From Euglena gracilis (Eukaryota): 64,000 nucleotides of DNA. The notes under the pieces are model-generated. The model saw only the letters and a list, made by a program, of their open reading frames with translations. It was not told the origin of the DNA and ran no database searches. Location of the stretch: positions 10,807,521 through 10,871,520 of the forward strand of contig CP154954.1 of assembly GCA_039621445.1 (NCBI GenBank), written 5' to 3'. Below, in pieces: positions 50,901 through 64,000 of the stretch; the stretch's first letter is position 1; each line of letters begins with the position of its first letter. The position numbers and the translations under genes are program-made.

Positions 50901-53900
50901 GCGCGCCTGACGTCACCCGGCGCGGGCCGGGGTTCGCGGGCGGCGGGGCGCCAGTGTGCAGCCCCGCAGGTCGGCCGCCTTGACCTGGACCGGCGAGTTC
51001 CAGAGGTCGAAAGTGGCCACCGGGAGGCCGCCGACGAGTCGCACGGCGCCGTTTGCATCGGCTCATACAGGCACCAGGAGGGGGGGGGGGGGCTGGAGGG
51101 CAGTCACCTGTGGTCCGCCCTGGTCGGATAGAGGGTGCAAACAAAAAATTGCCTCAATCTGTCTAAGAAACGGAAATGATGGGTCTGAAAGTGGGTACCC
51201 CCTCCTATGTCCAACAACTGGTTACCTCTGTCCTCCGACTGGGGGGGGGGGTCGTTGGACATAGGGGGTCGTTGGGCATCGGGGGGGGGGAAGAAGTGGG
51301 GACAATTTGGACAAAAAGTATAATATAAAATATAAAATACGGGGGAAAATATGGAAAAAAAATCAGGATAGGTTTGCATAATTATTGTCCCGGGGGGGGG
51401 GGTGCTGAAAAGTCCACTGCAGGAGTTGCCACCAAAGCTTCTCCAGGGGACATTTTATCTGGGGGGTTGGCTGGCATTCAAATGTTTCGGGGCCTGGTCT
51501 TGGCTAACGTGGCGGATCACACTGTTCCTGCCAGGCTGAATTTTATGGCAAGGCCGACCTCCCCCCTCCCGGGTGGTCGGTGCCTGCCTGATCATGGGCC
51601 AAAAAGTGCCCCAAAAGGCTTTTTGGGGGGTTCCCGGCACCTGTTTGAGGTTTCGGCGCGGAAGTGTTTTGGCCGAGTGCCCAGGCACCTTTGGCCATGC
51701 CCCCCCCCCCCTGGTGGGGGTAGGATATGGGCGCCTTGGACCGCCTTTCAGGCAGGCGACAAAACAGCTCGCGTGGGCCCAAAGCGACAAACGTGATGAC
51801 TTCCCGGGGTAGGTGACAAGCTCAAAGAACCCTCAAAGCCCAACAAAATTGGCCGGATAAAAACAAAAAAGGGATAAAACTACAATCCTCCATCCCCTGA
51901 GGTTCATATGAATACCCCCCTCCCCGCGTGCTTTGTTCATTTGCGGTGCTGGGGACGATTTTTTGCCCGGACTGTAAATGCTTGCTGTAGGTGGGGGGTG
52001 TCGCCTCCGGGCAAAACATGGACCTGCGGGACGGACCTGCATGGCCTGTCTGTTTTAAAGTTTAGGTACCCGTCAACCTGCCAGAGGGAAAACTGGTGCC
52101 AAGAATTTGGGTGTCGCCGGATGTGTGAGGTCACTGAAATTTGGACTAGGACGTCAAAATTTGTTCCTTCCAAATGGAAAGGAGATGGAAGAGGCGCACT
52201 TTGGAGGGGGAAAAAATGCACCATTTTGCATCCCGCATTTTGCCTTCATTTCTCGGGATTTCTCAAATTCTCATTGAAGGAGTCCACAACGAAATGCTCA
52301 ATTGGAGGGGGATGCATCGGTGTGGTATTTGTATGTTTGCGCACCAAATCTTTCATTGAAATTTGGGGACACCGGAAAACACAGGGAGCACACAGCACAT
52401 TTGCAATTTTGCCACGGCAGAGAATTGAAGTATGAAAGGGGAAAAAAACCGGTTCCCCCTTTTGAAACACATAGAATCATTCATTCTGCTCTTTGTGGGC
52501 GGAGGGAAATCAGCGGATGAGCCATGGGCACGGAAGCAACACTCAACGAACAGTTAGCTGTTTTCAAATTGGCCCCCAATGGTCAGTAAACGGCGCCGTG
52601 GGCCTCACCGATGATTTTCGAGCCGGGCACGCTCTGCCGCAGCGCCAGGGCCTCGTCCACCGTTGCCAGAGGCCACTGCTCAACGCTCCGCAGGAGGATC
52701 GGCACCCACCGTGTGTCTTGCGTGGAAACGGAAAAAATGCACACGGAAATGTCGGCTATTTTGGGGTGGCTAATTTCATTTCAACGAATTAAGGTATTGA
52801 GAGATGTACGCATACCGTGTACACCGTGTGCGGCACACAGCGGGTCGGTATTGCAGGGTTCATTTTCGCATGTGTTGTGTGTTTCTTAGTGATTTTTCAA
52901 AAACCGGAAATTAGAAAAAAAAAAAAAAAAAAAAAAAAAGACCTTTGGAGGGGATCGAGGGCACCTTCTCGAGTCTGTGGGCGCTTTTTTGACCCTTTGT
53001 CCAACGACCGACCTCTGGTCGAAGGACATCTTGTTGGTCAGAACCCCATGTCCTACTCCTCCCCCCGCCTTGGTCAGAGGGCTGATATTACACGTCGTTG
53101 GACATAAAGGGGGGAACCAAACCAAATTTCACTCAATACCTTGCTCCACCCACCACAATACTTTGCACGGGGGAAACCACTGACCATTTCTGAAGTCAGG
53201 TGACAGCTGTGCTGCGGCAATTTTCCAGATGATAAATGTCTGGTGGGGAAAGCTTAACGTAGGATCAAAAGTTAAAAAAAAAACGTGCAGGGAGAATGCA
53301 AGGTGGGGAGCATGCTTGTGCTTACCGACCGGGGGGGAGGGGGGGGTGGGTGCTATAGGGTGCCTGCCCCTAGCAGGCACCCCCCCCCCGGGGGGATAGG
53401 GGTCCGGGCTGGACCCAGAAAATTTTCATTGAAAATGGCCGTTTCCGGGCCCCCGGCGCCTTCGGCGCTGGGGTCGGAGGGGGGGTGCCTGCTATGGGCA
53501 GGCACCCCCAAAACCCTACCCCCCCGGGGGGGTCGGATCGGGTGCTATGGGGTGCCTGCCCAGGGGGGGGGGGGAATGCAACTGGGCCCTTCAAATTATG
53601 CAAGTCAAAAAAATGCAAAAAAAATGCAAAAAAATGCAAAAAAAATGCAAAAAAATGCAACTTGCATGAAAACCCTGAGAAAAAGCTGGAATATAACAGA
53701 GCTTTGCTGCCTAAGATCAAAAAAAAATTCCAGGGCAAAATATTTTATGCAAAAAAATGCAAAAAAAATGCAAAAAAATCCATAAATATGGCAACCAACA
53801 ACAAAATTTTTTTTCCAGGGCAAAATATTTTATGTAGAAAATGCAAAAATATGCAAAAAAATTCAAACATATGGCAACCAACTACAAAAAAATTTTCCGG

Positions 53901-54680
53901 GGAAAATATTTTATGCAAAAAAATGCAAAAAAATGCAAAAAAATGCAAATTTCGGGAAAAGCCGATTATGCAAAAAAATGCAAATTATGCAAGTTGCATT
54001 TCCCCCCCCCTGGCCTGCCCCTAGCACCCCCCCCCGTGGGGTAGGCACCCGACTAAGCACAAGCCTGGTGGGGAGTGAAATACGAGGGTATTTGATGTGT
54101 CATGAGAGGGAGGGGGAAATGAAGCGGGGAAAATCTGAGAGCTGTTGCCTGCCCCAGTCAGAAGGATCCGCTCTGCCCCGGAGGAGAAAGCATACGCAGC
54201 GGTGGTGAATGCGCGGCACACGTCGATGACAATCTGTGGCGGACAGCAGCGCGCAGGGAAGGCGGGTGGGTGGGAGATGCAGGCCACTGAGACCACAACA
54301 ATTCCAGGGGCAGAAAAAAAATGAATGCATCAGTAAAATTCAAAATGAGTCTGAGTATCAGAAAGCCTCTCGATGGACTGGTAATATATCTCATGTGTTC
54401 GGGAGCAGGAGCAAATTGTACAGGGCGAGCAAACACATCAAAGCTGCCAGATGTATTCGTTGAAACAGGGAAAGGGGTCGGTTGTTGGTATATCGGTTTG
54501 ACAAGCCAATGAGAAAGATGAGCCCCCGGATGCCGTCGAGCCAATCCAGGCGGCGTCCCCAAGCGACGGTCCGGCCACTACGCCTGTTGCCCCGGGACTC
54601 TCCTCCAGCGCCAGGAAGCGGATGTCCTTGATGGGGCCCATAGAGACTGGCCCGGCCACACCGGACGGGGGTTGGCCGCC
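44905..54680 (-). CDS. comB: 2-phosphosulfolactate phosphatase (ComB)-family protein, 10 exons
   Basis: Exons (-): 54680 (ATG at 54641)-54577, 54234-54154, 52664-52604, 51035-50953, 49510-49381, 48005-47958, 47309-47283, 46757-~46721, ~46439-~46345, ~45015-44905. Splices to MGPIKDIRFLALEESPGATGVVIVIDVCRAFTTAAYAFSSGAERILLTGTVDEALALR...GEVGGLPVATFDLWNSP...LIQRTTAGTQG...SFAVATATA...GIEDRACAEFL...DIDLC...AGAD*, matching the ComB motifs IDVxRA, GExGG, FDxxNSP, TxxGT and ED. Confidence 0.88.
45218..45627. mobile_element. TA-flanked Tc1/mariner-type MITE, copy 1
   Basis: TIRs accccccctcccctaataa / ttattagggagg(g)n t; TA on both sides; highly similar to 56255-56657. Confidence 0.85.
49565..50040 (-). 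mobile_element. Penelope-like retroelement reverse transcriptase fragment inside a ComB intron
   Basis: FFHTFHYIDDILGF (YIDD at 49990-49979)...SVVFLGMRI...RYVERTSIHT, then after a frameshift LKGLLVRAGTVTN...EGLHARGF; resembles a PLE-type RT palm and thumb. Confidence 0.7.
53322..54055. mobile_element. Repeat element with ggtgcctgccc ends and an internal (aaaaaatgc)n array; related ends near 47440-47670 and 63775-63860
   Basis: Recurrent gggtgcctgcccctagc/ggcaccc motifs and tandem aaaaaatgc units. Confidence 0.55.
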
Positions 54681-56254
54681 CTGCAGAGAGGTTCAGGAAT
54701 ATGATGGCGCAGGTGAAATATTCACATTCATTTGTTTATTTATAACATATTTTTAAATTTAAATAATATATTTTTGTGTTCATTTACATACCAATTTATG
54801 GGAAGTATGTTTACTATATATTATCCATTTAATCATAATATACATTCTATTATATTTTTAGACACCCATTCTGCCAAGGTGCGGTGCTGTCCAAAATGCA
54901 TTCCAGTTGCGGTTCGTGTGTCCCTGGTTGAATTTGCAAGCGCACTCCGGAGAGCCATGATTACAAAACCCGGGGGGGTTTGGCCCCCGGGGTTTTGGTC
55001 TCAAGCGAAAATTGACCGCAATGCGAAGAAAAAAAATTCACCGAGAATACCCAGCTCCAGTCAAGTTGCTGATTTTTTGACCCTTCTGTGGGAAGGGTTC
55101 GGGTCAAATGCCAATCAGTCACTCAGGAATACTCTGACCCACACATGGACAGAATGGTTTGCACAGTTATGCGGACGTTCACCAATGGCCCACCCACACT
55201 GCGAAGGAATACTAATCAAAGGTGGGCTTGTCGTCACCACTACTCAACACCTCTGGTGCGCTGTTTGGTGTGCTCTGGTGTTATTCTGTCTCGTCAAGGC
55301 ACACTCCCAGCACATCGGGGTTTTTTGCTTCGCCATTTTTATAAAGTTTTTTAAACATAAAGTTTAATTTTTATAAAGTTTACATATATAATTTTATTTT
55401 TATAAAAATTTTATATATGAAGTTATTATTATTATTATTAATTATTACATTTGTATAAAGTTTTTTTTGGCGCTTTTTTATAAAAAACGAGGTCGGTCAG
55501 GGTTTGGCGAGGGGTAGCCCCCCTGGGTATGTCAAGGTCAGTCGGGCAGGGCCAGCGGACTTCCAGGCAGAAGTCTAGGGAGGTGGTGGTGGTGGGGAGT
55601 CAACACACCCAGCAACAAACGGACGCAGATGTTTTGAGTGGTTGCCAGCTCAAACGGGATGGTGGGAGACGGATGGAAAAATATTGCAACAGACACGGAG
55701 GGGGAGGGCGGGAGATTGGGCTGACGCATGGGTCACCATCCACACAGACAGGGTAATAAATGAGAGAGGGGGGTTGCGTTGCAGGCGTTATTGCCCAACA
55801 AATGGGCAAACCCATATAAAAATCAAAATTTGTCCAGTGCAAAAATCCGGGGGAAAATAAGATTTGGTTGATAAAGGTGGGTCACCCCCCCCCTTCCATT
55901 GGAGGGAGAGGGGTCCAGACTCCGGACCTCCCCCTCCCCTTTGCACAAAACCGGCGTTCACTTCGTACCCTGCGTGCAGCCCGACCGTGCTGAGGGGGCA
56001 CTGGCAGCGTGGACGAGCCATGCTATGGGGTAGGGCAGCGGCAGGCCTGACGTGTTGAAATGTGTACGTCAGCAAACGTCATTCCGCATGGCTGTGCGCT
56101 GGCGGGCCAGCCAGAAGGATCCACGTTTGCATTTCGGTGCCACGAACTCGTTCGGCACATACCCACACCCCAGTTTCTTGCTGCGCCGTGCAACCTGGCT
56201 TGGCCACGAACCGCCACCACTCTCGTGTTGGGCTGTGGAACAAATGCGGACATA

Positions 56255-56657
56255 AACCCTCCCCTAATAAGTGCACGGGTGCGCGCATTTTAAGGACGTA
56301 GTTTCGGACCCCAAGGGGTGCGCACTTATTAGGGCAGTGCGCACTTTTTAGGGCAAAGCCAACAATACTGACATTGCCCCCGCTCTTTTTCAATTCCCCC
56401 CCAATTTTGTGATTTCAAGCTATGAGTCAAGTGATTATGTGTCAAATGTGTTAAATTTGGGCTTGGACGATAGAAATATTTGGTCTGAGAAGGACAGTTC
56501 TGAGAATTATGTGTGCTTTCCGACCTGAGATATGACAATGATTTCTCCTTTTGGGGGGTGCGCACTTTTTAGGGAGGTGGTTTCGGACCCTTGGGGGGGG
56601 TGCACTTATTAGGGCACTGCGTACAATTAGGGCACTGCGCACATATTAGGGGGGGTT
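56255..56657. mobile_element. TA-flanked Tc1/mariner-type MITE, copy 2
   Basis: Same sequence and orientation as 45218-45627, with scattered substitutions. Confidence 0.85.
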
Positions 56658-57519
56658 TACCTTTTTTGGGATAAATGGAGGTCTGCGGGGATTATTTGTG
56701 GAGACATATGGCTAAGGTATCCAAATGCCATGGAGACCCGATAATCTGGTGACCATTGAGTATGACTGAATACCCCCCATATTGGCCACACCACGACGCT
56801 GACAATTTCCCAGGCAAGACGTCGGCAAATTCTCAGGCATGATAACGGAGGTAGGTTTGCCAAGCAGAGAAGGATTTTCAATTTCAAAAAATAACTTTGG
56901 GGGTAAAAAACAAGCAAAACAGGGGGGTCAACAAAAAAAAGGGGGTACATCTTCTTCCAAGAAGGTGGGCCTACCCAAATCACGTTCCCAGGTACGCAAG
57001 GAGCTTAAGAAAAACTCTCCGATGTTCGCAGGGAAAGAGCGGAGACAAGATGGGAAGAGCGAATGGGAATGGGGAGGAAACATTTCACAAGCAGCGTGCG
57101 AGAAGTTTCAGGCACACCAGCGCACGTGTTGTGCTTGCTTGTCTAATTGCAAGCAATTTACTGGGGAAAAAAACACTGGACCTAACAGTAATCCAATCCA
57201 GGACACAGGGAACAAGACGCCAACTTCTCAAGCAGGAAGGGAGTTGGTGGCACGTGTGATACCACCTTCAAAAAGCAAAACTATTTTAAACCTTTCTCTG
57301 AAATGTGCTTTGTGAATAACCAACACTTATTAAAAAAAAGACACACACACACACACACACACACATCAATTAAAAGTTTTCTTAACTCACACTTGCAACC
57401 CAATTTTTCTTATATATCAATCGGTCCGACAACTGTCTTTATTCACCCAAATTGCCACCAAACGAGAATGTTTCAGGACAATGTTTCCCCCATTTTCTAC
57501 GCTGCCTGCGCGGCCGCTC

Positions 57520-62090
<4,571 letters not shown>

Positions 62091-62214
62091 GGCGAAATCC
62101 CCACTCGACCCCAAGCAGGTCGGGTCACCCGAGGGGGCCACGGTGGGCCGGTGCCCAGGGGGTCAAAATAGTTTATAGTTTTTTTGCGTTAATGATGGAA
62201 TAGGGTTAGGTGCG

Positions 62215-62293
62215 CGACTTAGGGTTAGGGTTAGGCCTAACTTATAGACGGGTGTTAGGTGTACAAGTTAGGCCTAACCCTAAGCCTAAGTCG
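62215..62293. repeat. Hairpin built from telomere-type TTAGGG repeats, followed by an AT-rich microsatellite (to ~62462)
   Basis: cgacttagggttagggttaggcctaactt-(21 nt)-aagttaggcctaaccctaagcctaagtcg; 29-bp arms, one mismatch. Confidence 0.85.
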
Positions 62294-64000
62294 TATATAT
62301 ATACACACACACACATATACATATATATACATACATACATGTGTGTGTGTGTATATATATACATATATATGTATATATGTATATATGTGTATATATGTAT
62401 ATATGTGTATATATGTACATATATATAGATATATATATTTATATATATATATATATATATATGCAGACATACAAACCCCCTGCCCGGTGTCTCCTGATCA
62501 GGGCGTTGCTGAAGGAAGGACCCCCCCTGTGTGCACTGTAAATGTTTTTTTTGTGCCTTTTGTTCCTTCTTCTGGCGTGGCGCTGTGTTTCGCCTCCGGC
62601 CCTTTTTGTCGGTGTAGGGGCGGCGGCCAGAGCCTGGCAGGACTTACCTTGTTTACGACGCCGGCCACCAAGCGCCAGCCAGGCACATACTCCACTTTAG
62701 TTAGGGGGGGGGGGGTCTCCGTGACGACGCACTGGTTGCGTCCACGACCCCAGCAGGTGGACAACTCAGTGGACGGGCCCACTCAATTGGGAACAAACTC
62801 AAGGGTGGGTGCTCCAGGCCATTACCGTGGGCGGCTGGAAATAAAGAAAACTCTGCAGGGGAAGGGGGGTCCAGGGCTGGAAAAAGGCTGCAGGCTGGCT
62901 GGACCCCCCAGGGGGAATCAAAATTTCTTAAGCAACACCCTGCTCCTGACATGGCTGCATGGGAACGTTTATTTCCCGCCCCCCAGGAGAGGAAGAGAGG
63001 GGGGGGGTGCCCACCCCCCTGGTCTGAGAAGAATAGCATTGTCCATGGCGGGAATAATGTTGTTAAAACCACATCCCAGCCTGTCTGTGGTCTAGGACGA
63101 AATCCAGGGTGGACTGCAGTGTAGTGAGCTGTGCATCGGTCGTGTGGTGGGAACCCTTGCATTCCTCTGCGGCGGCATATAGTCACTTATGCTTCGTGCT
63201 GCTGCGCAACTGCTGCTGTTAGAAAAGATGTGGATACTGCGGGATGTATCCAGATCAGGCTGCTTTTCAGTGTGTTATGTGTGTGTATGTTTTGGGGTAC
63301 GCGCCCATAGGAGGCACATACATATGTGTTGAAAAGTGGGAACAACAACGAACACGCAACTCATCAATAAACATCGCTATTGTGGAACATCCTCTCTCAC
63401 ATGCAAGGTACTAATTCCAGAACATCGAAAACTGTGGCAGAGAGAGATGGTTTGATGGGGTCATAATGCACGGATATATGATTTTCACACTTATCAAATC
63501 CAGAGGAGCAGCAAAAGTTAAAATTGAGGATAAGACTCATCAGAGAGAGATTGTTATCGCGGCTTAAACTGCCATCATTGAAACGGCTGACAAATGTTGA
63601 GTTTGCTATCAGTGTGCTCACCGAAAAGAAGGCAGTGCAGGCTGAGAGTTCCCAGGCAAACAGCAGGTGGAGGAATTGCATTGGCACTGCGTCTGTGTGC
63701 AGACACGGCCGCAAAAGATCCGGTCCAGCGTCGGGATCCGGGCCAGGCGGCTGTTAGTGGTCCACGGCGGTCTTTTTTTTACCAACCCCGGGGGGTCCGG
63801 AGTGTCGTGTCCATGAGTGCCTGCCCAGGCAGGTACTACCCCCGGGGGGGGGGGGTCGGCACCACAAGGCAAGGGACCAAAGGGACGGCCCCACTTATGA
63901 TACATTGGAATATCCAATGGCGGGCCGGTCAATACAACAGTTAATCAGAGCTAGATGATGGTACACTGTCATCATCACCATTAAATGACTTTGTTTCATT

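Noticed and set aside
52603-52608. Apparent conventional donor atcg|gtgagg in ComB
   Set aside because: Using it removes the conserved GE; the long stem cacggcgccgttt/aaacggcgccgtg gives the expected GEVGGLP instead.
55960-56253. Transit-peptide-like ORF pieces upstream of ComB
   Set aside because: Could not be spliced in frame to the exon starting at 54680; the ATG at 54641 already gives a plausible full-length ComB.

Overview
This is eukaryotic, repeat-rich, intron-rich DNA. The genes look euglenid: short GC-rich exons split by a mix of conventional GT-AG introns (mostly GTGTGY donors) and non-GT-AG 'nonconventional' introns whose ends base-pair near positions +4..+6 and -8..-6. I assembled three recognisable split genes by hand: a CPBP/CAAX-protease-like membrane protein (+, ~8.4-18.1 kb), a D-3-phosphoglycerate-dehydrogenase-like 2-hydroxyacid dehydrogenase (-, 21.2-32.3 kb) and a ComB-like 2-phosphosulfolactate phosphatase (-, 44.9-54.7 kb). 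Part of a fourth, unidentified gene is likely present (-, ~57.5-62.1 kb). Three observations stand out. (1) At 1-2713 there is a decayed Ty3/gypsy retrotransposon. Flipping one internal segment (~1027-1755) makes it read C5-cytosine methyltransferase - N6-adenine methyltransferase - aspartic protease - pre-RT linker, with an RT/RNase H piece in the opposite orientation, i.e. an LTR-type retroelement carrying two DNA methyltransferases. (2) The NAD-binding exon of the dehydrogenase (28047-28110) lies on the opposite strand from the rest of its gene, yet its splice phases match both neighbours. (3) The ComB-like gene has no GT-AG intron among its nine inferred introns. The rest is MITEs and other DNA transposons, retroelement scraps and microsatellites. 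All annotation is by eye without database searches; splice junctions are inferred and the inversions could be assembly artefacts.
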